DNA of 64,000 bases, from NCBI GenBank assembly GCA_963741955.1, contig CAVUKB010000006.1:448001-512000 (forward strand). Reading direction: 5' to 3'. The position numbers were made by a program, and so were the translations under genes. Within the stretch, counting starts at the first letter, position 1; each line of letters opens with the position of its first letter. The notes under the pieces are model-generated. The model was given only the letters and a program-made list of their open reading frames with translations, was not told where the DNA came from and ran no database searches. Source of the DNA: an uncultured Acidobacteriota bacterium (GTDB lineage: Bacteria > Acidobacteriota > Thermoanaerobaculia > Gp7-AA8). Below are positions 1-10,697 of the stretch, piece by piece.

Positions 1-655
1 GGACGTCGGCCGGGAGAGACTCGAGCACCTTCTGCGGATCGTTGCCCGGCGTTCCCTCGACCAGCCGGAACTGCAGCTGCGCGGTGGTCTTGATGATGTC
101 CTTCACGCGGGCCGGGTCGTCGACACCGGGAAGCTGAATGACGATCCGCTTGCCGCGGATGCCTCCCTCCCTCGCGATGATCGGCTCGGTGACGCCGAGC
201 GCGTCGACGCGGCCGCGGATCGTTTCGATCGCCTGGGCGACGGTGTCGTCTTCCAGGGTCGAACCGACGTTCGGCTTGATCGTGAAGACGAGCGTGTTGT
301 TGTCGCCCGTCGCCGTGTCGAACTGGGCGAGCCAGTCCTTCGCGATCTTCTCGTAATGATCTGCGAGCACGCCCTGCGGCGGAGTGAGAACGAACGAGGA
401 GTCGCTCACCCGCTTGACCTGCGGGGTCGGCAGCGACTGCTTCGCGGCCTGGTTCTTGAGCAACTCCATCGCCTGGTCGACTTCCAGCCGGAGAGCATCG
501 CCGGTGTTGACGCGCATCACCAGGTGGGTCCCTCCGCGGAGGTCGAGTCCGAGAGCGATGTTGTCGTACTTCTTCCCGTGCGGGATCAGCGGGTAAACCG
601 AGATCGCCAGCACGGCGAGAATCAGCACGATTTTCCAGATCAGATTCTTGTTCAA
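1..655 (-). CDS. secD: Protein translocase subunit SecD (N-terminal part; runs off window)
   Basis: Manual translation from TTG at 655: MNKNLIWKIVLILAVLAISVYPLIPHGKKYDNIALGLDLRGGTHLVMRV; LGLDLRGG motif and later RIVIQLPGV; follows yajC. Confidence 0.93.
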   Translation of the reverse strand, partial: MNKNLIWKIVLILAVLAISVYPLIPHGKKYDNIALGLDLRGGTHLVMRVNTGDALRLEVDQAMELLKNQAAKQSLPTPQVKRVSDSSFVLTPPQGVLADHYEKIAKDWLAQFDTATGDNNTLVFTIKPNVGSTLEDDTVAQAIETIRGRVDALGVTEPIIAREGGIRGKRIVIQLPGVDDPARVKDIIKTTAQLQFRLVEGTPGNDPQKVLESLPADV

Positions 656-671
656 GGGGTTCCTCCGATGT

Positions 672-986
672 CTAGTCCTGCTGCGACGATCCGTCGACCA
701 CCGCCGCAACCGCAGACCGGCTGAGCTTAAGCTTCACGTTGTCCGCGACTTTGACGTAGACAATATCTGGTTCGACACTCTGAATGGTTCCGTGTATTCC
801 CCCGGACGTGACGATGCGGTCGCCTTTCTTCAGCGCTTCCAGCATCTGCTGTGTCTTCTTCCGCTGCCGGTTCGCCGGCGCGATGACGAGGAAATAGAAG
901 ATCGCGAAGATCGCGAGAATCGGGACGACGTTCCAGAAGAGGGCTGAAGCCCCCCCGGCCGCCTGGAGGTACGCAACTGGAGTCAT
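672..986 (-). CDS. yajC: Preprotein translocase subunit YajC
   Basis: TM helix then FYFLVIAPANRQRK...LKKGDRIVTSGGIHG; tgt-yajC-secD synteny. Confidence 0.95.
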   Translation of the reverse strand: MTPVAYLQAAGGASALFWNVVPILAIFAIFYFLVIAPANRQRKKTQQMLEALKKGDRIVTSGGIHGTIQSVEPDIVYVKVADNVKLKLSRSAVAAVVDGSSQQD

Positions 987-1040
987 GGATGCCTTCTCAC
1001 TCTGTCGATGTCTGGATGAATTGCCGGAGTCGAGTTACTT

Positions 1041-2207
<1,167 letters not shown>

Positions 2208-2897
2208 TCAGTTGATCTTGACCTGCTCGACCCGCACGTTCGGCGGCAGGTTGAGCGTGAACGTCGAATCGGCGATCGGCGCATTGATCCGGATGTTCGA
2301 GAACTCGTAGCGGGTCAGGTCGCCGTCTCCCTCCACGTATTCGATCTTCGTGGTGAGATAGCTCTTCCGGTCGATCCAGAGCTTGATCTCTTTGACCCGG
2401 CGCGCGATCGCAGCAGTCTTCGGCTGGAGCTCGAGACGGTATTCGCTGCTTCCTTTCGCATCGACCACCGTCACGTCGAAGTATCGCGTGAGCTCCTCGA
2501 TCGCGCCGCTCGCTCCGAGGTAGCGGAAGATCCGATCCTCGAAACGTTTCACCTCGATTCGCTCGGCGCGACGCAGATCGGGGAAGTACGTGGTCAGCTC
2601 TCCGTTCGCGATGAGCATCGTCACCGGTTTCGGCTTGTCGTAAATCCAGAGGACCTTGTTCGGCCGGGCGTACTGGAACGTTCCGGTCGAAACTTCCGCA
2701 TCGGAGAGAAGAGCCATCTCCTTCTCCTGCCGGAAGTCGGCCTGGAGCGTCTTCACCGTCTTCTGCCGGGCCGCGATCTGCTCGAGGATGGTCTGAAGGG
2801 TTTCACTTTTCGGGATCACACCGGCCACGGAGATCCCGGCCAGCAGCGATAAGGAAAGTCCCGCGGCGGCGGCAATGCTGAGGATCGTTCGGTTCAT
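2208..2897 (-). CDS. lolA: Outer-membrane lipoprotein carrier LolA family protein
   Basis: Signal peptide; LQADFRQEK...GTFQYARPNKVLWIYDKP; C-terminal FTLNLPPNV. Confidence 0.8.
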   Translation of the reverse strand: MNRTILSIAAAAGLSLSLLAGISVAGVIPKSETLQTILEQIAARQKTVKTLQADFRQEKEMALLSDAEVSTGTFQYARPNKVLWIYDKPKPVTMLIANGELTTYFPDLRRAERIEVKRFEDRIFRYLGASGAIEELTRYFDVTVVDAKGSSEYRLELQPKTAAIARRVKEIKLWIDRKSYLTTKIEYVEGDGDLTRYEFSNIRINAPIADSTFTLNLPPNVRVEQVKIN

Positions 2898-3174
2898 ACC
2901 GTCGGACGCAACGCCGCGCCCGACGCCGGAATTTCCCCTCCTCGGAGTCTGCGCGGTAGGAACGGTCCTACTACGAAAGCGGATCAGCGGTCCAAATCCG
3001 AATGAATTTGGCCTCGCTGCTCCTTTTTCTCGCTACGGACGTCTCTACCGCGCAGACTCCGCCCACTCGACGCAGCGGCGGTCGCGCGCTTACATCTGCG
3101 AAATCCCTTTCCCATCACGGTTTTTCGGCATCAGCCGGCGTTATACTGATGGAAACCTTAGTGAGGCCTTCACA

Positions 3175-4029
3175 ATGCGACGAACGACTCTGCTCTTCTC
3201 GGTCATGCTTTTCCTCCTCTCTCTGCCGCTCTCCGCAGCGGTCCAGGAGGCAGTCCACTACGAATTCCGACAGGTCCTCCAGACCGGAACCGACGGAGCC
3301 GGCCCGCTCGAAACGGAAGGAAAAGCAATCGTCGACGGAATGAACAGCCGCGTCGAGTACACCCGGAGCCCGTACTACCCTCCCGGAACATTCGTCATTT
3401 CCACAAATGGCTCCCGGAACATGTTCGTGGTCAATCCGGCGAACAAGACGTACGCCGAGATCAACGTGGGAAACGCCGCCACCGCACTCGGCACCGCACG
3501 GATCAAAGTGAGCAACCTGAAAACCTCGGTCCAGGAGCTCGACGACCACCAGGTGATCGCGGGCTATCCCACCGACCATTACCGCTTCGAGTCGAGTTAC
3601 GACATGACCGTGACGCTCGGAAGCCTTCCGGTGACCCAATCGATCCACACCACGATCGACAAGTGGACGACCAACCTCTTCCCGAGCGCCGACGTCGGTC
3701 TCTCCTCCAACCCCCCCCCGACGGGCAACCCGGAACTCGACCAACTGCTTTCTACGGAAGCGACGAAGATCAAGGGCTTCCCGCTCAAGCAGGTGATGGT
3801 GATCGCCACCCAGGCCCAGAACACCGGATCGGGCGGTGCGAAAGAGATCTCGTCGAGCCGGCGGCAGACGGCCGAACTGGTCGTCACTTCGATCCGGACC
3901 GCGCCCGCCGCGCCATCTTCGTTCCAGATTCCGCCCGGATACGCGCGCATGGAGCCCGGCCAGACGGAACCGGAAAGCAACGTCCACATGCTGGAGATGC
4001 AGCCTGCCGTCCCGGCCCCACCCCAATAG
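3175..4029 (+). CDS. Secreted protein, DUF4412-like
   Basis: Start at MRRTTLLFSVMLFLLSLPLSA (signal peptide); VNPANKTY, IAGYPTDHY, GFPLK, SFQIPPGY motifs. Confidence 0.65.
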   Translation: MRRTTLLFSVMLFLLSLPLSAAVQEAVHYEFRQVLQTGTDGAGPLETEGKAIVDGMNSRVEYTRSPYYPPGTFVISTNGSRNMFVVNPANKTYAEINVGNAATALGTARIKVSNLKTSVQELDDHQVIAGYPTDHYRFESSYDMTVTLGSLPVTQSIHTTIDKWTTNLFPSADVGLSSNPPPTGNPELDQLLSTEATKIKGFPLKQVMVIATQAQNTGSGGAKEISSSRRQTAELVVTSIRTAPAAPSSFQIPPGYARMEPGQTEPESNVHMLEMQPAVPAPPQ

Positions 4030-4088
4030 CCCAGAGGCACCAACCGTTCTCGTGACTGCACCGCCGTGCGAACCGGGTCGGCAACTAC

Positions 4089-4171
4089 GAATGCAGAACG
4101 AAGAGTTGAGAAAGGACACCAGCCCTCCTTTCATTCTGAATTCTGAACTCTGCCTTCTGCCTTCTGCCTTC
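4089..4171. repeat. Convergent heptamer repeats (GCAGAA-type then TTCTGAA/TTCTGCC)
   Basis: ttctgaa ttctgaa ctctgcc ttctgcc ttctgcc after gaatgcagaa...gagaa. Confidence 0.6.
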
Positions 4172-4273
4172 GTCGGGAGCGGTCGCATCACTTCTCCCCT
4201 CGAGGTTTGTGCGCACGCCCCCACCGTCCCACGGGAGTTCCCCGGTTGCGCCGGCATTGCTGCCTGATGTTTA

Positions 4274-5617
4274 ATGGCTGATGGGTTGAGTCCGATGAAT
4301 CGTCTTCTTGGCTGGTGCCGACGTGCGGGTGAGGTGTTGCTGGACCGGCGAGCGTACTTTGCCGTCGTTCCACTCGTCGCGCCGCTCGTTTTCGCCACTC
4401 TGACCGAAACGCCGATCCCCGCCACTCCGGTCGCACGATTCGAGCTCGGGCCGGCGATCCACTACTCCGCACCTCCCCTTCCTCCTCCTCCTCTTCCCAG
4501 GCATCCGGTCTATCTCGACGTGCGATCCGGAGATACGCTCGAGGGTCTCTTCGTCGCAGCCGGTCTCTCCCGCAGCGACAGTCACACCCTCATGGAGGGG
4601 TTTCGCAAGTTCGTCGATCCACGGAGACTTCGGCAGGGACAAATGCTCCGCTTCGAGTTCGATGACGACGGCGTGATCCGTACGGTCGGGATGAAGATCA
4701 ACGGCTGGGGAACGATCAACGGGACCCGCACCGCTTCGGGGTTCGAGGTGACAGGAGCTCCGGCTGAGAAGAGTGAAGTCGAGGCCACCATCTCCGCGAC
4801 GATCTCCAGCTCGCTCTATGGTGCCGTGACTGGAGCGGGGGAGTCCCCGGCGCTGGTCCAGCAGTTGGTGGACGTGTTCCAGTGGGACATCGATTTTTTC
4901 AGGCTGCGCGGAGGTGACACCTTCAGCGTCGTGGTGGAGAAGAAGTACGTCGGCGACGACTTCGTCGGTTACGGACCCGTCCTCGCCGCGCGCTTCAACT
5001 CCGACGGTCAGACCTACGAGGCGTTCCGTTTCGAGAATCACACGTCCGCGGGCTACTACAGCCGGAACGGAACGCCGCTCCGGAAGCAGTTCCTCAAAGC
5101 GCCCTTGAAATTCACCCGCATCACCTCCGGCTTCACCAACCGGCGCTTTCATCCGATTCTGCACGTCTTCCGTCCGCACCCCGGGATCGACTACGGCGCT
5201 CCGGTCGGCACCCCGGTGATGTGCACCGCCGACGGCGTCGTTGAAGCCGCCGGGTATGGCGGAGGCGAAGGAAACTTCATCCGCGTGCGGCACACCTCCC
5301 GGTACCAGACTTTCTACATGCATCTCTCCCGCTTTGCCTCCGGGATCCACCGAGGCGCGAAGGTCCAGCAGGGAGAGATCATCGGATACGTCGGACAGAC
5401 CGGACTTGCGACCGGCCCGCATCTCGATTACAGAATTCGCGACAACGGCCAATGGATCAATCCATTGAAGATGAAATCAATCACGCCCGACCCCATCCGC
5501 GGGTCCTCGCTCCAGGCGTTCCGGAATTCGGTCCGCGCATGGCTGCCGAAACTCAGCGATACCGAGCCGGTCGTCGCGGAGAAAGATCCCGGAGAGCAGG
5601 CCCCCGGAAACTCCTGA
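4274..5617 (+). CDS. M23 family peptidoglycan DD-endopeptidase (MepM/OapA-like)
   Basis: WDIDFF, ITSGF..RFHPIL, HPGIDYGAPVGTPV, YMHLS, GLATGPHLDY. Confidence 0.9.
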   Translation: MADGLSPMNRLLGWCRRAGEVLLDRRAYFAVVPLVAPLVFATLTETPIPATPVARFELGPAIHYSAPPLPPPPLPRHPVYLDVRSGDTLEGLFVAAGLSRSDSHTLMEGFRKFVDPRRLRQGQMLRFEFDDDGVIRTVGMKINGWGTINGTRTASGFEVTGAPAEKSEVEATISATISSSLYGAVTGAGESPALVQQLVDVFQWDIDFFRLRGGDTFSVVVEKKYVGDDFVGYGPVLAARFNSDGQTYEAFRFENHTSAGYYSRNGTPLRKQFLKAPLKFTRITSGFTNRRFHPILHVFRPHPGIDYGAPVGTPVMCTADGVVEAAGYGGGEGNFIRVRHTSRYQTFYMHLSRFASGIHRGAKVQQGEIIGYVGQTGLATGPHLDYRIRDNGQWINPLKMKSITPDPIRGSSLQAFRNSVRAWLPKLSDTEPVVAEKDPGEQAPGNS

Positions 5618-5624
5618 GACCCCG

Positions 5625-7505
5625 ATGAAAAAAATCAACGTCCGTGTGCCGGTTCGCGCCGATCTGGCCGGAGGAACTCTCGACCTCTGGCCGATCTACC
5701 TTTTTCACCCTTCGTCGCGTACGGTCAACGTCGCGATCTCACGTTACGTCGAGTGTGAAGTTCAGTCCCGCAGCGAAGAAGGAATCGAGATCTTCCTCGC
5801 CGACGAGCACTATCACCGCCACTTCGGATCGCTGACGGAGCTGGCGGTCGATCCGCGTCTCTCACTGGTGTCGCGCCTGGTCGAACATTTCCGCCCGGGA
5901 GGGCTCGCGATCACCGTTCGTTCTGACGTGCCGCGCGGCTCGGGACTCGGAGGTTCCTCTGCGCTGGCGATCGCACTCAGCCGGGCCCTTTCCGAGCTGA
6001 GCGGCGATCCGGTCGAGGGAGAGGAGTTGATCGCGCTGGTGCGCGATCTCGAGACGCGACTGCTTCGCTGCCCTGCCGGAGTTCAGGACTACTACCCCGC
6101 CGTCTTCGGAGGGATCGCCGCACTCCATCTCGATCCCGGCCGTGTCATCCGGCATCCGATCGCGCTCCCGCTTCCCGATCTGGCGCAGCGGCTCCTGATC
6201 TACTACTCCGGTGTCGCCCACTTTTCGGGAACGAACAACTGGGAGATCTACAAACGCCACCTCGACGGAGATCCCCGGGTGTTCGAAGGCCTCCGCGCAA
6301 TCGCCGAGAGTGCAACCTCCCTCGAGGAGGCGCTGGCCGCGGGAGCCTTCGACCGCGCCGCGGCGGCGATGAACGACGAATGGACCGCTCGCAAATCCCT
6401 CTTCGACGGAGTCACTACCGTGGAGGTCGATCGGGCGATCGAGGTCGCAATGAAGAGCGGGGCCGACGCAGCGAAGGTCTGCGGCGCCGGGGGTGGAGGC
6501 TGCATCGTCTTCATGGTTCCACCCGAGAAGCGTGAGCGGGTCGCTGCCGCGCTCGAAAAGAGCGGCGGACAGATTCTCGACGCGGTGCCGGTCGCGCAAG
6601 GCCTGGTCATGGAGCGAAGCGACCAGGTCGAGCTCTCGCACTGGTCACGACGGACTCTGATGAGCGAAGGGGGAAGCGAAGACCCGGGCCAGTTCTTCCT
6701 TCACACCGACGAACCGGGAACCTACCGGCCTTTCATCGTCGCCGAAGCGGCGGTGACGTTCGACGACGCTCGCAAAGGAGTGCATCAGACCGTCGTCCGC
6801 GTTCTCGCCGCGTCCCTCGATGTGCGGGGAGAGCGGGTACTCTGGTCCGAGTCGCTCCCGGTTGATCCCGATCGCCTCCGGCTCGACGCCGCTCCCGATC
6901 CGGCGGCAGACATCGATACATCGGTGGATGCCGACCTCGTCTTCTCGATCTCGCGTCAGGGGGAAGATCTTCTTCGGGAATACCTCGCCGAACAGGAGCG
7001 CCTACGGCTCTGGTTCAATCCCGCATTCGCGATCTATTCGGAGGCAGGAGAAGCGCGATCCGCGTTCGTGGATCGCTGCCTCGAGTTCGCGAGACGCGAG
7101 GCCGAGAGTCAGACCGAACGGCTCGAGTCCACGTTCCGCCGTCGCATCGACCAGCTCCGTGAGAAGGCCGACCGGCAGCAGCGCGAAGCGGATGAGACCG
7201 ACATCGAAGTCGAGAGACGAGAGGTCGGGATCGCCTGGGGTCAGACCCTCTTCAATATCACCAGTGGGCGTCCAGCCGATGTCGGTGCCCCTCAATCCGT
7301 CGAGGAGGCCGACTTCCTCGAGCGCATCCGCCAGGTCCAGCGCACCTGGGAGCGGGAGGTCCGGGAGCTCCAGGACGAGCTCGACTCGAAGGCGCGGCAG
7401 ATCGAAGAAGTTGCTTTCGCCCCTTCGCTGAAGAATGTCGAGGTCCGGAAGTTCCTCATCCTCTGGGCTCCCTCGCTGCGCGATGTCGTCGCGGCCGCGG
7501 AGTAA
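5625..7505 (+). CDS. GHMP-family sugar kinase (HddA-like) with ~290-aa C-terminal extension
   Basis: PVRADLAGGTLD, PRGSGLGGSSAL, GVQDY, KVCGAGGGGC; extra helical C-terminal domain. Confidence 0.8.
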   Translation: MKKINVRVPVRADLAGGTLDLWPIYLFHPSSRTVNVAISRYVECEVQSRSEEGIEIFLADEHYHRHFGSLTELAVDPRLSLVSRLVEHFRPGGLAITVRSDVPRGSGLGGSSALAIALSRALSELSGDPVEGEELIALVRDLETRLLRCPAGVQDYYPAVFGGIAALHLDPGRVIRHPIALPLPDLAQRLLIYYSGVAHFSGTNNWEIYKRHLDGDPRVFEGLRAIAESATSLEEALAAGAFDRAAAAMNDEWTARKSLFDGVTTVEVDRAIEVAMKSGADAAKVCGAGGGGCIVFMVPPEKRERVAAALEKSGGQILDAVPVAQGLVMERSDQVELSHWSRRTLMSEGGSEDPGQFFLHTDEPGTYRPFIVAEAAVTFDDARKGVHQTVVRVLAASLDVRGERVLWSESLPVDPDRLRLDAAPDPAADIDTSVDADLVFSISRQGEDLLREYLAEQERLRLWFNPAFAIYSEAGEARSAFVDRCLEFARREAESQTERLESTFRRRIDQLREKADRQQREADETDIEVERREVGIAWGQTLFNITSGRPADVGAPQSVEEADFLERIRQVQRTWEREVRELQDELDSKARQIEEVAFAPSLKNVEVRKFLILWAPSLRDVVAAAE

Positions 7506-7726
7506 AAGTCCCGCGAGTCTGCCCTGCGTTCCTGCAATCGCGACAGGCTTCCGGTGGTTCGGAATCCCTCCTGGCCAACCGTTCGGAATCTGGACAGCTG
7601 TCCAGTTTTCGAGATCGCCTCGACTTGCGCCTGTCTGAACAAGCCTCGCGCCTTCAACAGGTTGCACGACTCGATCCTCCTGGCAGCGCCTTTGATTAAG
7701 AAAGCTGTCGGAAGGTGAGATCGAAC

Positions 7727-8611
7727 ATGAGAAAAGTCCTGGTTGTCGATGACGAAACATCCATCACAGACGGACTCACGGCGCTCCTCCAGCTGGAACA
7801 GATCGACGCCTCAGGGGCGTACGATCGCGAATCTGCCGAGCTGGCGATCAGCCGTGACTTCTATCCCGTCATCCTCGCGGATCTCCGGTTGCACACCGAA
7901 GAAGACGGCTTCCGCCTGATCGAATCGATCCGGCGCGTCAGCCCGCGCTCACGCATCGCGAGTCTCACCGCGTTCGCCACTCCCGAAGTCGAAGAACGGC
8001 TGCTGGAGCTCGGCTCCTCCACGGTTCTCCGCAAGCCGATGGAGTTCGACGAGATCATCCGCATCGTCGAAGAGATGCTCGTCGAGATCGAGCACGAAGC
8101 CGCGGCGCAGGAAGCGCTCACCGGAGAACCTCTCGATCTCGACCAGCTCTACCAGGACGTGCAGAAGGTGCTCTACGCGATTCCGCAGCGGAGGTACGGC
8201 CTCGGCCCGGAAGAGACGGAAGACCTGGTCCAGGAGGCATGGAGTCTCTTTCTCCAGAAACGCCGGACCGTCAGCTCCGCAAAGTCGTGGCTGGCCGGCA
8301 CCATGGTCAACCTCGCGAAACAGCAGATCCACTCGCGCGTCCGGGCACGAGAACACACCCGCGAGATCTCACCCGAGGTCGAGCGGACTCTCGGCTACTC
8401 CGAAGACGGCGCGAACGAAAGCACCATGATGGTGCGCCAGGGACTCGGCCAGATCGATGAGCGCTCCCGCAAACTCTGCGTGCTGATCGGAATCGAAGGA
8501 TGGAGCTACGAGGAAGTCGCCGACGAGCTGGGTCTGCCGATCGGGTCCGTCGGGCCGCTCTACATCCGCGCGAAGAATCGCCTGAGAAAAGCGATCGATA
8601 CGGAGAACTAG
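7727..8611 (+). CDS. Receiver domain fused to ECF-type sigma-70 factor
   Basis: N-term VVDDE...ILADLRL...LTAF...RKP; C-term EDLVQEAW...SWLAG..VN (region 2) and IEGWSYEEVADELGLPIGSVGPLYIRAKNRLR (region 4). Confidence 0.85.
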   Translation: MRKVLVVDDETSITDGLTALLQLEQIDASGAYDRESAELAISRDFYPVILADLRLHTEEDGFRLIESIRRVSPRSRIASLTAFATPEVEERLLELGSSTVLRKPMEFDEIIRIVEEMLVEIEHEAAAQEALTGEPLDLDQLYQDVQKVLYAIPQRRYGLGPEETEDLVQEAWSLFLQKRRTVSSAKSWLAGTMVNLAKQQIHSRVRAREHTREISPEVERTLGYSEDGANESTMMVRQGLGQIDERSRKLCVLIGIEGWSYEEVADELGLPIGSVGPLYIRAKNRLRKAIDTEN

Positions 8612-8947
8612 AAGCATCGCGGATCGTGGATCGTGGATCTGAAAGACATCGATTATCGCGTATCGCGCATCGAGGATCCGAGATGCATCGTGGGTCGAGT
8701 TCCGCGGACAGCCCCGTAGGGGCGTTTGACAATAGCCCAGGACGCAGTCCTGGGGTTCCGGTCCGGAAGTCCACGCTCCGAGAGCCCCGTAGGGGCGATT
8801 GAACCATCCCATTTCTCGAGGCTCGAAAGGCATCGCAGATCGCGGATCGCGGATCGCAGATCGCGGATCGCGGATCGCAGATCGCGGATCGCGGATCGCG
8901 GATCGTGGATCGCGGATCGCGGATCGCGGATCGTGGATCGCGGATCG
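8612..8947. repeat. REP-like family A unit plus GGATCGC/GGATCGT heptamer tract
   Basis: GCCCCGTAGGGGCGTTTGACAATAGCCCAGGACGCAGTCCTGGGG at 8711; about 16 heptamer copies 8835-8947. Confidence 0.85.
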
Positions 8948-9290
8948 GGAAGACCATCACGGGTTGAGGATGGATCCGAGAACGAAGATCCTAGGAGTCT
9001 GCGCGAGCTTGCTGAGCAGCGAAGGATCCTCTCTCCGAGGGGCGCCACGGCTCCCGCCGTGGCCGCGCAGATCGCCTTCAGAACGCAACGAGACGACACC
9101 TGCGGCAGATGCGCAGTAACTCCGCACATCGGCTCTGTGAACACCCACAGTGCCACTTAAGGCCATTGGGGCTAAAGCATCGTGGATCGCGGACGGAGCT
9201 GATATCGAAGATCCGAGCTCGGCGATCTGAGAGAGCGGATCCGGAAAATCGGCTGCAGCGATGTTGCGGGCGCTCCGAACGTTCGCCGAT

Positions 9291-10664
9291 CTACTTCCGC
9301 CCGACGGTTCCTGCGCTCTTCGGTTCGGATTTCAGTTTCGAATAGAGCGTCGAAGGACTGATGTCGAGCAGGCGCGCCGCCGCGCGCATGTTCCCCCCTG
9401 CAGCCTCGACCGCCTGCCGGATGTAATCGGCCACAACCTCGTCGAGCGGACGGATCTCCCAATCCACTTTCGGCGCGAGGGTCGGCTCGCCGAGCGCCAT
9501 CGCCTGGTTCTCGAGGAGGAGATGCTCAACGCGGATCTCACCGGAGCGTGCCGTGAGGAGTGCGCGCTCCAGAACGTTCCGAAGCTCACGTACGTTGCCC
9601 GGCCACGAATAGCGGGAAAGGCGTTCGACCGCGCGCGCGGAGATTCGCGGGCGCGATACGCCGAGGTTCTTTCCGAGCCGCTCGAGAAGAGCGTTACTGA
9701 GAATGGGGATGTCTTCGAGCCGCTCCCGCAGCGGCGGGATGTGAAGCCGGATGACACTGAGGCGGAAGAAAAGATCGCGGCGGAACGCGCCGGTCGACAC
9801 CGCCTCCGACAGATCGCTGTTTGTCGCGGCGATCAGCCGGAACTCCGAGCGGATGTCGCGGATCCCTCCGAGCCTCCGAAATCGCCGATCCTCGATCGCC
9901 TTCAGCAGCCGCGCCTGGACCGACGGATCGAGCTCCCCGACTTCATCGAGAAAGACGGTACCGTTCGCGGCGATCTCGAACAGCCCGGGCTTGGCGGAGC
10001 TGGCATCCGTAAATGCGCCCCGCTCGTGTCCGAACAGCTCGGATTCGAGAAGCTCTCTCGAAAGGCCGGCGCAGTTCAGGTCGACGAACGGAGCGCGCGC
10101 TCGATCGCTCCTGTTGTGGATCAGGCTCGCGACGATTCCTTTCCCCGTACCGGACTCGCCTTCCAGGAGAACCGGCGATGGTGCGCCGGCGATCGCCTCG
10201 ATGGTCGATTCGATCTCCTTCGCCACGGCAGAGATGCCGAGAAATGAACGTTCCGGGTCTCCCTTCGTCCTCTTCAGTGCCTCGAGCTCCCGCCGCGTGG
10301 CGACATTCCGGCTGACCTGCTCGAGCACCAGCTCCAGATTGTCGAAGTCGCACGGCTTCGAGACGAAAGTCTCCGCCCCCTTCCGCATCGCTTCGACCGC
10401 CATGTCGATGGTCCCGACCCCCGACATCACGATGACCGGCGTCGCCTCCGAATAGCCTTTGATGTGATCGAGAACGTCGATGCCGGAGATATCCGGAAGC
10501 ATCACGTCGAGGAGGACCACGTCGGGCGACTGTGCCTCGAATTCTCTGAGCGCCTCGCGGCCGCCGGTGGCCGAACAGACACGCCATCCGCTGTGGGCGA
10601 GGAGCGCCGTCGTCCCGGCGAGTACGTCGGGGTCATCGTCGACGACGAGGATGGTCTTCTGCAT
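9291..10664 (-). CDS. Sigma54-dependent response regulator (NtrC/AtoC family)
   Basis: Receiver domain; GESGTGK, ESELFGHERGAFTDA, FLDEVGEL, WPGNVRELRN; C-terminal Fis HTH. Confidence 0.95.
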   Translation of the reverse strand: MQKTILVVDDDPDVLAGTTALLAHSGWRVCSATGGREALREFEAQSPDVVLLDVMLPDISGIDVLDHIKGYSEATPVIVMSGVGTIDMAVEAMRKGAETFVSKPCDFDNLELVLEQVSRNVATRRELEALKRTKGDPERSFLGISAVAKEIESTIEAIAGAPSPVLLEGESGTGKGIVASLIHNRSDRARAPFVDLNCAGLSRELLESELFGHERGAFTDASSAKPGLFEIAANGTVFLDEVGELDPSVQARLLKAIEDRRFRRLGGIRDIRSEFRLIAATNSDLSEAVSTGAFRRDLFFRLSVIRLHIPPLRERLEDIPILSNALLERLGKNLGVSRPRISARAVERLSRYSWPGNVRELRNVLERALLTARSGEIRVEHLLLENQAMALGEPTLAPKVDWEIRPLDEVVADYIRQAVEAAGGNMRAAARLLDISPSTLYSKLKSEPKSAGTVGRK

Positions 10665-10697
10665 ATCGACTGATTGTAACGTCTGCGCACCGATGCG

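Noticed and set aside
7681-7696. Sigma54 promoter upstream of the receiver-sigma gene (TGGCAGCGCCTTTGAT)
   Set aside because: The -12 element reads GA rather than the near-invariant GC; too weak to call
8307-9166. ORFs with DPRSAI / IADRGS repeats (also around 22100-23000 and 39100-39500)
   Set aside because: Translations of heptamer and REP DNA, not credible proteins
9995-10030. GAFTDA instead of GAFTGA in the sigma54 activator
   Set aside because: Common natural variant; not evidence of novelty
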